Assembly (NCBI GenBank): GCA_947649125.1 | Contig: CANSQL010000005.1 | Span: 8,401 to 72,400, forward strand | From: an uncultured Erysipelotrichaceae bacterium | GTDB lineage: Bacteria; Bacillota_I; Bacilli_A; Erysipelotrichales; Erysipelotrichaceae | DNA: 64,000 nucleotides | Direction: 5' to 3' | Shown here: positions 25,618 through 35,953 of the stretch, one piece after another | Numbering within the stretch: the first letter of the stretch is position 1 | Layout of the letters: each line of letters opens with the position of its first letter | Made by a program: the position numbers and the translations under genes | The notes under the pieces: generated by a model | Seen by the model: only the letters and a program-made list of their open reading frames with translations | Told to the model about the DNA's origin: nothing | The model's database searches: none

Positions 25618-27087
25618 ATGGAATTTTTTCCGGATATGAAAACAGTGCTGTCACTGGGTTCGATTACGATTACATGGTATGCGCTGTTTATTTTGGCCGG
25701 TGCCATGCTTGCGTATTATCTCAGTATTCGCACCTTGAAAAAATGGGGCTATGAGACAGCGATGTTTGAGGACTTCTTTATATGGATGCTGCCGATCGGC
25801 ATTATCGGAGCGCGTATTTATTATGTGCTGTTTGAATGGGAAATGTATGTTTCCGATCCGATCCGCATTCTGTATATATGGGAGGGCGGATTAGCGATTC
25901 ACGGCGGTTTGATAGCGGCCATCGGCTTCGGCTTATGGTATTTCCGCAATAAGGCGATTGACGGACTCAGAGTCATGGATGCGATTTTTCCTAATATCTT
26001 GATTGCGCAGGCAATCGGTCGTTGGGGCAATTTCATCAATCAGGAGGCCTACGGGCGCATTGTATCGGAAGCTTATTTCGATGCCTTTCCAAGCTTTATC
26101 AAAGATCAAATGCTGATATCGAATGCGTATCGGGAACCGACCTTCTTATATGAAAGTATGTTGAATTTATTGGGGTGGGTACTGATTCGCTTTGTATACA
26201 AGCGCTTCGGCAGAAGAAAACGCGGTGATTTGGCATTTGCGTATTTGGCATGGTACGGCGTTGTGCGTTTATGGATCGAATCGATGCGAACAGATGCGCT
26301 GATGGTCGGTTCCTTAAAGATGGCACAGCTTGTATCACTGACCGGAATTGTTGTCGGAGTATTGGGCATACTCGGTGTGTTCGATCGTCTGTTTAAAAAT
26401 ATATGGCCCTTCAGACGCCAAAAACCGGCGGTGCTGTTTGATTTGGACGGAACGCTGGTGGATACAAAGGATTTGATTTATGCCAGCTTTATTCATACGT
26501 TTCATAAATTTCTGCCTGAGCATAAGCTGAGTGAGGAAGAGCTTTCCTCATTTTTGGGACCGACACTGAAGGACAGCTTTCTGAGGTATTTCAGTGAGGA
26601 ACAGGTCGATGAAATCATTGCCTATTATCGGGCCTATAATCATGAGTATCATGATCGCTATATTAAAGAGTTCCCGCATGCAAAGGAAACGCTGATGTAT
26701 TTAAAGGAGCACGGCTACAGCGTGGGAGTCGTTTCCAATAAGGTGGGCGCAACGATTCGTATGGGGCTTGCGGCCTTTGATCTGGAGCAGTATGTCGATG
26801 TCATTGTCGGTGCTGAGGATATTGAGTCGCCGAAGCCCGATCCGCAGGGACTGCTTCTGGCTTGTCAAAAGCTGTATCATAATCATGATGATGTGATTTA
26901 TGTCGGTGACAGTCCGAGTGATATCAAGGCATGTAAGAATATGGCGGCGTTTTCAGTCGGCGCAGCTTTCGATGAAAAGCGTGAGGCCAAGCTGAAGGCG
27001 GCAAAGCCGTGTGTAATTATCCATGATTTATTTGAAATTATTGATTTGGTAAAGGAGGATCGTGAATGGAGCGACAATACGATTTAA
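25618..27087 (+). CDS. lgt: Prolipoprotein diacylglyceryl transferase fused to a HAD-family (PpaX-like) phosphatase domain
   Basis: The N-terminal ~265 aa are Lgt-like (GGLAIHGG, GRWGNFINQEAYG). The C-terminal ~215 aa carry HAD motif I (VLFDLDGTLVDT) and later HAD motifs (VVSNK, YVGDSPSD). Confidence 0.9.
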   Translation: MEFFPDMKTVLSLGSITITWYALFILAGAMLAYYLSIRTLKKWGYETAMFEDFFIWMLPIGIIGARIYYVLFEWEMYVSDPIRILYIWEGGLAIHGGLIAAIGFGLWYFRNKAIDGLRVMDAIFPNILIAQAIGRWGNFINQEAYGRIVSEAYFDAFPSFIKDQMLISNAYREPTFLYESMLNLLGWVLIRFVYKRFGRRKRGDLAFAYLAWYGVVRLWIESMRTDALMVGSLKMAQLVSLTGIVVGVLGILGVFDRLFKNIWPFRRQKPAVLFDLDGTLVDTKDLIYASFIHTFHKFLPEHKLSEEELSSFLGPTLKDSFLRYFSEEQVDEIIAYYRAYNHEYHDRYIKEFPHAKETLMYLKEHGYSVGVVSNKVGATIRMGLAAFDLEQYVDVIVGAEDIESPKPDPQGLLLACQKLYHNHDDVIYVGDSPSDIKACKNMAAFSVGAAFDEKREAKLKAAKPCVIIHDLFEIIDLVKEDREWSDNTI

Positions 27088-27989
27088 TTATTATCGGTGC
27101 CGGACCGGCAGGAATGAGTGCGTCGATCTACGGCAGTCGTGCAGGATTAAAAACGGCGATGCTGGAAATGGGCGCACCGGGCGGCAAGCTGATCAAGACG
27201 GCGGAAATTTCAAACTGGCCGGGCATCAAGGGAACAGACGGTGCACAGCTTGCTTCGGATATGTTTGAGCATTCGACCGCATTCGGCAGTGAGTATTTAT
27301 ACGGAAATGTAGTATCTGTTGCGGACGGCGGTGAATGGAAAACCGTGCTTTGCGATGACGGAACGAGCTATCAGGCAAAAGCGGTCATTGTCGCAACCGG
27401 AACGCAGGAGCGCATGCTGAATATTGACGGCGAGGAAGCCAATATCGGCCGAGGCGTATCCTATTGTGCGGTATGTGACGGTGCGTTTTTCAAGGACAGA
27501 GAGGTAGTAGTAATCGGCGGCGGTAATTCCGCTTTAGAGGAAGCTAAGTATCTTACGCAGTTTGCATCAAGGGTGCATATCGTGATTCGTCGCGATGTTT
27601 TCCGTGCCGATCAAATCATTCAGGACAGTATTCAAGATAATGAAAAGATCCATGTCATTAAAAAGCATAAGCCGCTGCGTATTTTAGATGACGGGCAGCG
27701 TGTAACAGGCATCGTGCTTCAGGATATAGAAAGTAAAGCGGAAATGACGATCGAATGCAACGGTATCTTTCCGTATATCGGTCAGGATCCGGCAACCGAT
27801 TTCCTGAAAAATCTCAACGTGCTGGACGACAACGGCTATATGATCGTTGATGAAAACTGTGAAACGGCTTGTAAGGGCATCTACGGTGCCGGCGATGTGA
27901 TTCACAAGCGCTTGCGTCAGGTAGTCACGGCTACCAGTGACGGTGCGATTGCGGCTCAGCATGCCTTTCATCAAATCAAGGGCCTGTAA
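27066..27989 (+). CDS. trxB: Thioredoxin-disulfide reductase
   Basis: GAGPAG FAD motif, redox CAVC and the NADPH motif GGGNSALEEA. It overlaps the upstream gene by 22 nt. Confidence 0.95.
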   Translation: MERQYDLIIIGAGPAGMSASIYGSRAGLKTAMLEMGAPGGKLIKTAEISNWPGIKGTDGAQLASDMFEHSTAFGSEYLYGNVVSVADGGEWKTVLCDDGTSYQAKAVIVATGTQERMLNIDGEEANIGRGVSYCAVCDGAFFKDREVVVIGGGNSALEEAKYLTQFASRVHIVIRRDVFRADQIIQDSIQDNEKIHVIKKHKPLRILDDGQRVTGIVLQDIESKAEMTIECNGIFPYIGQDPATDFLKNLNVLDDNGYMIVDENCETACKGIYGAGDVIHKRLRQVVTATSDGAIAAQHAFHQIKGL

Positions 27990-28001
27990 GGGTTCAAGCA
28001 T

Positions 28002-28457
28002 ATGAGAATAATAAAATATCTTTGCGCTGTAATGGCTGTAATGACACTGTTGGCGGGCTGCGGCTCCTCAACCTATGAAAGAGATTCATCGGCCGGTGAA
28101 ATCAAGGAAATCACACTTTCTCAAATGGATACGATGTTTACTCAGGGAAAAAGCTTTACGGTCATGCTGACTACGACCTATTGCGGTTACTGTCAGGAGC
28201 TTCATCAGCTGTTGAATGAATATTTAAAGGATCATCATCTTGTGATCTATGAGGTGGTATTGGATAAGGAAAATGCGACCGAGCAGGAAAACTTGGCTGT
28301 AATCAATCGCCATATCAGCGGCTTCAGCACCACTCCGGGCGTATTCTATATCGAAAACGGTGACCAAAAGTCTCAGCTTCTGCCTGATGCGAACGGAATC
28401 CATGAGGAGTTGTTGGATCGCTGGGTCGTTGACAATCAACTGGATCAAAAGGAATGA
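28002..28457 (+). CDS. Thioredoxin-fold lipoprotein (CxxC)
   Basis: Lipobox LLAGC after a signal peptide, and a CGYC redox motif. Confidence 0.75.
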   Translation: MRIIKYLCAVMAVMTLLAGCGSSTYERDSSAGEIKEITLSQMDTMFTQGKSFTVMLTTTYCGYCQELHQLLNEYLKDHHLVIYEVVLDKENATEQENLAVINRHISGFSTTPGVFYIENGDQKSQLLPDANGIHEELLDRWVVDNQLDQKE

Positions 28458-28471
28458 AAGAATGAAACACG

Positions 28472-28503
28472 GCTGTTCGTTGTGATACGAGCGGCTTTTT
28501 TTT
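28472..28503 (+). terminator. Rho-independent terminator
   Basis: GCTGTTCG-N8-CGAGCGGC stem (two G-U pairs) followed by T8. Confidence 0.7.
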
Positions 28504-28870
28504 ATCTGTCAGGGAGAATAGCGGGAGCTTGCGATGCGAATGATATACGGCCTTGTTTCAGCTGTTGTGAGAAATGAAAAACCGTTGTTGCGAGTTTGTG
28601 TATGCTTGGAGTTTAAAACCTCTGTATCACGCTGTAAAGTGTTCTGAGAGGGGCTTAATATAGGGATCGGCATGTGATGGAAAAGACTGTAAAAATCTTG
28701 TTCTTTTGTTTTGGTTATTAAAAAAATATTGTCATAAAATCGGTCATGGATTAGTAGGATAAAACTACCTTTTAATGTATTATATTTACTTGCATATGTA
28801 TATAATTTTCGCAGACAAATGAGATTGTTAATAACTGCAAACCATTTACTAAAAAATGCAAAAAAAACTT

Positions 28871-28899
28871 TTTACGAATTGTCCGTAAGGTTGTATAAT
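28871..28899 (+). promoter_or_regulatory. SigA-type promoter of the GH31 gene (TTTACG-N17-TATAAT)
   Basis: Hexamers and the 17-nt spacer were read directly. Confidence 0.55.
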
Positions 28900-28908
28900 T
28901 AAGGTGCG

Positions 28909-28922
28909 TGAAAGCGTTATCA
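28909..28922 (+). promoter_or_regulatory. cre site (CcpA operator) TGAAAGCGTTATCA
   Basis: It matches TGWAANCGNTNWCA at every constrained position. It begins 10 nt after the -10 hexamer, i.e. around the expected transcription start. Confidence 0.6.
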
Positions 28923-29152
28923 GTGTCTTGTGTGCTTAATGTGGATACAGTATATCTTAATATATCTTAATGTACACAATTATAAACATGAGGGATTATT
29001 GATAAAATCGATGAAAAACGCAAGAAAAAACAGACAATTATTGCCTGTTTCGATATGTCTATAAAGGTGTACTTTTGTAGACAGTGAAAAGGGGTGTTAA
29101 ATGCAGAGAAAGGTTAGAGCTTAAGTTTTATAAGATAGGAAAGGAGAAAAAA

Positions 29153-32100
29153 ATGATAAAACTAGGTAAGATTTCAAGAGCATTGCTTGCCTTTGCAATG
29201 GCAATGACAACAGTATCATCTTATGCTACTGCAACAGTGCATGCTGCTGATTTCAGCGGTTCTCTCGATTCTGTTGATTCAGCTAAAGCAAACGGCAATG
29301 TAGTTGAGGTTAGCTTCAACGGGGGCGCAGTAAAAGGAAAGATTACGTTCTTAGAAAACGGCATTTTCCGTTATAACGTAGATCCTTCCGGAGAATTTGA
29401 TGAATATGCTAAAGTGCGTCCGGGGTATCCGAATAACGCTAAGATTCAGGCACAGCCGGATGATTCTGACAAATATTCTCACCCTAACGCAACTGTAAGT
29501 GAAGCTAATGGGGTTATAACGATTTCTAATGGAGCAACTTCCATTTTGTTTGATAAAGATACCGCATTAATGACTGTGAAGGCAGGCGGTAAGGTAGTAA
29601 TGGAGGAAAGTGCTGCACTGAACTTCAAGGGTTCATCAACTGTACAGACTTTGGTACAGCATGATGCAACAAGCTATAACAGCAAACTTGCAGAGCAGTA
29701 TTTCGGAGGCGGAACTCAGAACGGACGTTTCGTGCATACCGGACAGTCCATCAATATTGCGAACGAGAGCAAATGGAATGACGGAAATGTTTCTTCACCG
29801 AGTCCGTTCTACTATACATCAAACGGATACGGTGTATTGAGAAATACTTGGCAAAACGGTGTTTATGATTTTGGAAATTCAACACCGGGAACAGTTACTG
29901 CTACTCACAATGAAAACGAATTTGATGCTTATTATTTTGTATCAGATCAAGTAAATTCTGCACAGGCAAACGGTAGCACGGTAGCTCAAGAATTGTTAAA
30001 GGGTTATTTCAAGGTTACCGGTGATCCGGTATTATTGCCGGCATACGGCTTCTACTTGGGTCATTTGAATGCCTATAACCGTGATGCATGGTCTGACACC
30101 AATCCGGGTAGCGGCAGCGCATGGAACGTAAAAGGAAGTGATGCATATAACAGTGCAGGTACTACTCAATACGAGCAGGGTGCTACCGGATTTGAAATCA
30201 GTGCAGGTCAATTGGGTGAAACATTAAACGGTACCGGACCGACGAAATATACCGATCAGGTTCCTGCAGGTGTTACATACGACAGAAAATTCTCTGCACA
30301 GGCATTCTTAGATCGTTATTTAGACAACGATATGCCGTTCGGCTTCTTCTTGCCGAATGACGGATACGGTGCAGGTTACGGACAGAACGGTTACAATGTG
30401 ACCGGCGGTGTGAATGCTGACGGTTCCAGCACAGCTGAGCGTTTGGAAGCAGTAGCGCTGAACGTCGCAAACTTAAAGGTGTTTGCCGATTACGCTGCAA
30501 GCAGAGGTATTGCTACAGGTCTTTGGACACAGAGTAATTTAACTCCTGATTCTGATCCGAAAACGAAATGGCACTTATTGCGTGATTTTGAAAGCGAAGT
30601 AAAAGCCGGTGTTACAACTTTAAAAACAGACGTTGCTTGGGTCGGTCCGGGATATTCTTTCCAATTAGGCGGTGTAAAACAAGCATATGACATCATCACA
30701 ACAATGGATTATGATGATAACAGAAGTAACACTCGTCCTAATATCATCTCATTAGACGGTTGGGCAGGTTCTCAGCGTTACAACTCTGTATGGAGCGGTG
30801 ACCAGACCGGCGGAAGTTGGGAATACATTCGCTTCCATATTCCTACATTCATCGGACAGTCATTAAGCGGTAATCCGAATATCGGTTCCGATATGGACGG
30901 TATTTGGGGTGGTTCTCCGGTAATCGCAACACGTGATTATCAGTGGAAGAGCTTTGCTCCGCAGTTGTTAGATATGGATGGTTGGGGTTCTTATGTAAAA
31001 GGACCGTTCACTCATGGTGATCCTTATACAGGTGTAAGCCGTATGTATTTGAAAATGAAAGCCATGATGATGCCGTACGTTTATACAAATGCCTATGCTG
31101 CTGCAAATATTGATACAGGAAACGGTGATGCCGGACTTCCGATGATTCGTGCAATGTTCTTAGAGTATCCGGAAGAATCAATGGCTTATTCTAAAACAGC
31201 ATCACAATATCAGTACATGTGGGGTGAAAACCTGTTAGTTGCTCCTTTGTATAAGGATAACAATGCAGATGCGATGGGTAATGATGTTCGCAATAACATT
31301 TACTTACCGGGCGGTGAGGATACCATTTGGATTGATTACTTTACAGGTGATCAATATCGCGGCGGACAAGTATTGAATAATTTCGATGCTCCGATTTGGA
31401 AACTGCCGTTGTTTGTAAAGAACGGCGCAATCATTCCGATGTTTGCTGAGCATAATGTTGTAGACAGCTCAGCTGATAACGGCTTAGACAGATCAGTTCG
31501 TTTAGTAGAATTCTGGCCTGAAGGAACAACCGATTTCAACGCTATTGAAGATGATGGTTCTTATATCGAAAATGATTTGGATACATCAGATTCAGAATAC
31601 GGCTCAATTGATAATATCAAATACGGAAATCATGTTAAGACGAAATATACTTCTGTAGTTGAAGGTACAAAAGCAACCTTGACTGCTGAAAAATCTACAG
31701 GAACATATGCCGGTTATGAAAAAGATAAAGATACAACATTTATCGTTCATGCAAGCAAAGCTCCTGACTCTCTACAAGCTTATAACGGTTCAACTGAGTT
31801 GACAGAAGTTGTAGCTGCAAACAAAGAAGACTTTGATAATGCTACAGTAGCAGCAGGAACCTTTGTATCATTCTATGATGCAAATCCGACTGTTGAGACA
31901 TTCGCTCCTGACAGTGAAACAATTCTTGCCGATATGGTTAAGGATGTAAAAGTCAGCGGTAAATTGTATGTGAAATTTGCTAACACTGATACACAGAGCA
32001 ATATTCAGAAATTAGTCATTAACGGATTTGAAAATGACGGCAAATTAAATTCAACAGCTGAGAATTCCTCTTTAAGTGCTCCTACATTAACTGAAGATGA

Positions 32101-35100
32101 GGATCTTAAATCTCCTACAAGCATTACATTGAACTGGAATGCAGTTGCTGATGCTACTTCATATGAATTGTTAGTTGATGATGAAGTTATTTACTCTGTT
32201 ATCGGCGGAGCTACAACATTCACTCATGAAGATTTACAGCACAAGTCTGCACACAGTTATCAGGTACGTGCAGTAAATGCAGATGGACATTCTGCTTGGA
32301 GTGATAAGCTTGAAACTGAATCTGCAGAGGATCCGTTCTTAAATACTCCTACACCGAAGAATGTTACTTGGTCAGGCGGTCTTTTCAACAATCAGGGTCC
32401 TAACCTTGCATTTGACCAAGAATTCCAAATTGGAGGCAGTGGTTTCCACACAGATTCCAATGCTATCGGCCAGTCTTTGATCGTTGATTACGGTAACGCA
32501 TATATCTTTGATAAGATTGAGTATTATCCACGCACAGATGCAGGTAACGGTACTGTTACTAAGATGCATGTAGAAACAAGCTTAGACGGTGTTAATTGGG
32601 TAGATCACGGTGATTTTGATTTTGTCAGGGATGCAACTACAAAAACAATGGATTTAAGTTATCCGGGTACATCGCTGACAGCTATCGGTGCTCGTTATAT
32701 CAAATTCGTACCGAAAGCTTCTCTTGGAAATTTCTTCTCAGCAAGTGAAATCAAGCCATATACTATTGAGGGTGAAAGAACAGCCGGTAGTGCGCAGAAT
32801 CCATTCACAGTAGGTAATATCAGTTCTATCGGTACTGCTGCTCCTACAGTTACTACCTTCCAGCAAATGTATCAGAAGGAATCATCAGCTCACGGTTCTG
32901 CGAAAGATGAAACTTGGGTTGGTGAAATTCAGGAAGTATTCGGGGATATTAACTTCAACGGTATTTCCGATGTGTACGATTATGCATTCACTGCATTTAA
33001 TGTAGACGGCGGAACTAAAAAGACAGGTAAAGTATCCGGTGTAATTCTTCTTGAACCAGATAAGAAGGAAATTAAAGCCGGAGATACATTTACTATTAAT
33101 GTTACTGCAGTTGATGTTAAGAACTTGAATGCTTACGGTTCTATTATCAATTACAATCCGGCAAAGGTTGAATTTATCGGTGCTGAATACCTCGGAACCG
33201 GTGGTATGTATACACAAGGTATGACAGGTAACTGGGTGAACAGTGATGGTACAGCTTATGTAAACCATAATGCTATCAATATGGGTGATAAGCCGTTAGT
33301 AAGCGGTTCAAAGGTATTATCTACCATCACTATGAAAGCAAAAAAGGATATTACCTTAAATGATGTTACCGATACTGCTGATGCTGACTTTATTATTGAC
33401 TTGGATAAGTCAACTTTAATGGGGCCTGACTTCAGTGTTATCAATCTTGATACTTCCAGAGAGCCGGAAATCCCTGATATTCCGACTTCAACTACAACGA
33501 AGTATGGACAAAATGATTTCAATATTACATTTACAAATGATGTGTTAACAACAGACGATGGTACTAATGCCGGTAAATTACTGCAAAATGCCCAATATGC
33601 AGGTTGGGGTGTTAATGCACTGTTTGATGGTAAGTTAGATGCTCAATTTGAATACTTGTGGGATGTAGAGTCTAATTGGGTCAATCTTGATACTGGAGCA
33701 CCGGACAAACAAGGTCAACTTCCTGCTCATGTTAAGCTTCCTACAACGATGCACTTTGAATATAAAGTGCCTAGCTTATTAAGCAAGGTAGATGTATATA
33801 ACCGTGTAAGCAGTAACGGTAGAGTAACTTCGTTAGAAGCAGTAATCTATTTTGAGGATGGAACTACTCAGGAGTTTAAAGGCGGCGATTATGATACTGC
33901 TCAAGATATATACACATTTGCAGTAAGCGAAGCAAATGCCGGCAAGAAGGTTACTAAGGTTGAAATTACTCCGTTGACTTCACTAGGAAAAGCAACAGGC
34001 TATAAACCTGATCCGGATGCTGCAGATGGAGTTTGCACAAACACAGATAACAGAATGTTGACATTGCGTGAAATTGAATTTACTCATACAACTTCTGTTC
34101 CTGTTACAAAGATTGAGCCTTCTGAAGATACACCTAAAGAAATCTATGTAGGTTACTTAGAGGATGTAAAGGCTGTAATTTCTCCGGAAAACTGCCCGAA
34201 TAAATTCTTTACTGTTACAAGCAGTGATTCAAGCATTGCATCTATTATGACATTGGCTGATGAAGATGGTTATCCAATTTATAAGGTTCGCGGTGTTTCT
34301 GCAGGAAAAGCAACGATCACATTAGCATCTGCAGCTGACCCTTCTATAACAGCTACTTATGAAATTACTGTAAAAGAGGGTGTGAACAAGGCAGATTTAG
34401 CTGCTGCAATTGAAAAATGCGAAGCTATTACTTCCGAGATTTATACTAAGGAATCTTATGCTGCATTCAAGGAAGCATTGGACAATGCTATCGCAGTTAT
34501 GAATGATCCAGAAGCAACTCGTCCTGAAGTTGATAACGCAACCGATGCATTGTTAGCTGCACGTGACAGCCTGGTAATTACTTTATCTGAAAATCAATTA
34601 CCGAACAGCATAGTTTCGGGAGCTAATGGATTATACAGCGAAGATAATGTAGCAGACAAAATGTTTGATGAGGATCTCAGCACTTATTGGGAGTCCCCAT
34701 ATTATGGGGCAGATGCTAAATTACCACAGGATGTTATTGTAGAGTTGGATAATTCTTATGTGTTAGAACAGATTTCTTTCATCTCTCATACTATTAAAAA
34801 CGGTGGTGTTACTGATTATGAAGTAGCAGTAAGTATTGACGGTAAAACTTGGCTTAAGGTAACAGAAGGTCATGTTGATGCTTCTGAATACATGCAAGAG
34901 AAAAATGTTGTAGTAAATGCAAGATTTAATTCTGTTGCAGCCAGATTCATCAAGGTAACAGTAACCGGTTCTGTAGGTAGCGTACCTGCTCAAGACAACA
35001 TGTATGCTCGTATCGCCGAAATGCAGTTATTCGGACGTGCCACTGCTAAGAAAGCTGACTTGGAAAAAGCAGTAGAAAAAGCAGAGGCAATTGATACAAG

Positions 35101-35821
35101 CAAATATACAAAAGATAGTGTATCTGCACTTAAGACAGCAATCGCAAATGCTAAGAAAGTTCTGAAAAAAGAAACAGCTACTCAGGATGAAGTGAATGAA
35201 GCACTTGCAGCATTGAATAAAGCTATAAAAGGACTTGTAAAAGTCGACGGAAATCCAAGCAATCCTGATGAAAAGCCGTCTAAGCCAAGCAAGCCGAATA
35301 CCGGAAATTCTGACTATGTAGATCAACTTGTAAATAATAAAAACAATGTTACAATAGTTGGTAAATTCCCTGCAGATGTTCAGTTGATCGTTGAGGATTT
35401 AGCGGCAGATGTTAAGGCGAAAATCATCGATTCAATCAAGAATAAAGATGATGTAGCTAAATACAACTTCGAGAAAATCTTTGATATCTATATGCTTCGC
35501 AAGGGCGTAAGCTATACACCGAAAGGAAGCTTTACGATAAAAATCAAATTAGATGATGAATTATTAGCTAAGCGTTATCTGGGAATTGTCTATATTTCCG
35601 ATGATGGCGAAGCAACAACAATCCCATCTAAGATTGAAAACGGATATATCACTTTCAAGACAAACCATAATTCCTATTATGCAATCGTTTCAAGTGATTC
35701 TCCGATCGTAAATACGGCAACGTCAACGACAATGCCGGTAAGCAGTGCTCCTGCATTTATCCTGCTTGGTGCAGTATTGATCTTTGTCACTAAGAAAATG
35801 GAGAAAGTGTTAGAGGATTAA
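29153..35821 (+). CDS. Multidomain cell-surface glycoside hydrolase family 31 enzyme (GH31 core, FN3, F5/8 type C/CBM32-like modules, cohesin-like module, Big_2, FIVAR repeats, C-terminal TM anchor)
   Basis: ATG 29153 has RBS AAGGAGA and a signal peptide ending ATATVHA. GH31-type motifs include WSGDQ and GSDMDG. FN3 (SYELLVDDEVIY...YQVRAVN), discoidin-like segments and two FIVAR-like helices (KADLAAAIEK..., KADLEKAVEK...) are present. The tail is hydrophobic then KKMEK. Confidence 0.85.
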   Translation: MIKLGKISRALLAFAMAMTTVSSYATATVHAADFSGSLDSVDSAKANGNVVEVSFNGGAVKGKITFLENGIFRYNVDPSGEFDEYAKVRPGYPNNAKIQAQPDDSDKYSHPNATVSEANGVITISNGATSILFDKDTALMTVKAGGKVVMEESAALNFKGSSTVQTLVQHDATSYNSKLAEQYFGGGTQNGRFVHTGQSINIANESKWNDGNVSSPSPFYYTSNGYGVLRNTWQNGVYDFGNSTPGTVTATHNENEFDAYYFVSDQVNSAQANGSTVAQELLKGYFKVTGDPVLLPAYGFYLGHLNAYNRDAWSDTNPGSGSAWNVKGSDAYNSAGTTQYEQGATGFEISAGQLGETLNGTGPTKYTDQVPAGVTYDRKFSAQAFLDRYLDNDMPFGFFLPNDGYGAGYGQNGYNVTGGVNADGSSTAERLEAVALNVANLKVFADYAASRGIATGLWTQSNLTPDSDPKTKWHLLRDFESEVKAGVTTLKTDVAWVGPGYSFQLGGVKQAYDIITTMDYDDNRSNTRPNIISLDGWAGSQRYNSVWSGDQTGGSWEYIRFHIPTFIGQSLSGNPNIGSDMDGIWGGSPVIATRDYQWKSFAPQLLDMDGWGSYVKGPFTHGDPYTGVSRMYLKMKAMMMPYVYTNAYAAANIDTGNGDAGLPMIRAMFLEYPEESMAYSKTASQYQYMWGENLLVAPLYKDNNADAMGNDVRNNIYLPGGEDTIWIDYFTGDQYRGGQVLNNFDAPIWKLPLFVKNGAIIPMFAEHNVVDSSADNGLDRSVRLVEFWPEGTTDFNAIEDDGSYIENDLDTSDSEYGSIDNIKYGNHVKTKYTSVVEGTKATLTAEKSTGTYAGYEKDKDTTFIVHASKAPDSLQAYNGSTELTEVVAANKEDFDNATVAAGTFVSFYDANPTVETFAPDSETILADMVKDVKVSGKLYVKFANTDTQSNIQKLVINGFENDGKLNSTAENSSLSAPTLTEDEDLKSPTSITLNWNAVADATSYELLVDDEVIYSVIGGATTFTHEDLQHKSAHSYQVRAVNADGHSAWSDKLETESAEDPFLNTPTPKNVTWSGGLFNNQGPNLAFDQEFQIGGSGFHTDSNAIGQSLIVDYGNAYIFDKIEYYPRTDAGNGTVTKMHVETSLDGVNWVDHGDFDFVRDATTKTMDLSYPGTSLTAIGARYIKFVPKASLGNFFSASEIKPYTIEGERTAGSAQNPFTVGNISSIGTAAPTVTTFQQMYQKESSAHGSAKDETWVGEIQEVFGDINFNGISDVYDYAFTAFNVDGGTKKTGKVSGVILLEPDKKEIKAGDTFTINVTAVDVKNLNAYGSIINYNPAKVEFIGAEYLGTGGMYTQGMTGNWVNSDGTAYVNHNAINMGDKPLVSGSKVLSTITMKAKKDITLNDVTDTADADFIIDLDKSTLMGPDFSVINLDTSREPEIPDIPTSTTTKYGQNDFNITFTNDVLTTDDGTNAGKLLQNAQYAGWGVNALFDGKLDAQFEYLWDVESNWVNLDTGAPDKQGQLPAHVKLPTTMHFEYKVPSLLSKVDVYNRVSSNGRVTSLEAVIYFEDGTTQEFKGGDYDTAQDIYTFAVSEANAGKKVTKVEITPLTSLGKATGYKPDPDAADGVCTNTDNRMLTLREIEFTHTTSVPVTKIEPSEDTPKEIYVGYLEDVKAVISPENCPNKFFTVTSSDSSIASIMTLADEDGYPIYKVRGVSAGKATITLASAADPSITATYEITVKEGVNKADLAAAIEKCEAITSEIYTKESYAAFKEALDNAIAVMNDPEATRPEVDNATDALLAARDSLVITLSENQLPNSIVSGANGLYSEDNVADKMFDEDLSTYWESPYYGADAKLPQDVIVELDNSYVLEQISFISHTIKNGGVTDYEVAVSIDGKTWLKVTEGHVDASEYMQEKNVVVNARFNSVAARFIKVTVTGSVGSVPAQDNMYARIAEMQLFGRATAKKADLEKAVEKAEAIDTSKYTKDSVSALKTAIANAKKVLKKETATQDEVNEALAALNKAIKGLVKVDGNPSNPDEKPSKPSKPNTGNSDYVDQLVNNKNNVTIVGKFPADVQLIVEDLAADVKAKIIDSIKNKDDVAKYNFEKIFDIYMLRKGVSYTPKGSFTIKIKLDDELLAKRYLGIVYISDDGEATTIPSKIENGYITFKTNHNSYYAIVSSDSPIVNTATSTTMPVSSAPAFILLGAVLIFVTKKMEKVLED

Positions 35822-35860
35822 TCTTTCTTGATTAATTACACTGTAATGTATTAACAAATC

Positions 35861-35898
35861 GGTAACAGATGTATGAAAGTATATCTGTTACCTTTTTC
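35861..35898 (+). terminator. Rho-independent terminator
   Basis: GGTAACAGAT-N12-ATCTGTTACC followed by T5. Confidence 0.85.
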
Positions 35899-35953
35899 TA
35901 TTATATGGTAGCTTTCATACGCAGAATGGTGTAAAATAAAAAGGGTGATAATT

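Noticed and set aside
27062-27268. 68-aa ORF in an alternative frame at the trxB start
   Set aside because: It is completely overlapped by trxB, which has the RBS-supported ATG at 27066 and unmistakable family motifs.
28951-28970. Tandem 10-bp repeat TATATCTTAA x2 in the GH31 leader
   Set aside because: Two copies of an AT-rich decamer can arise by slippage. There is no supporting structure or conservation evidence, so it is mentioned only within the GH31 finding.
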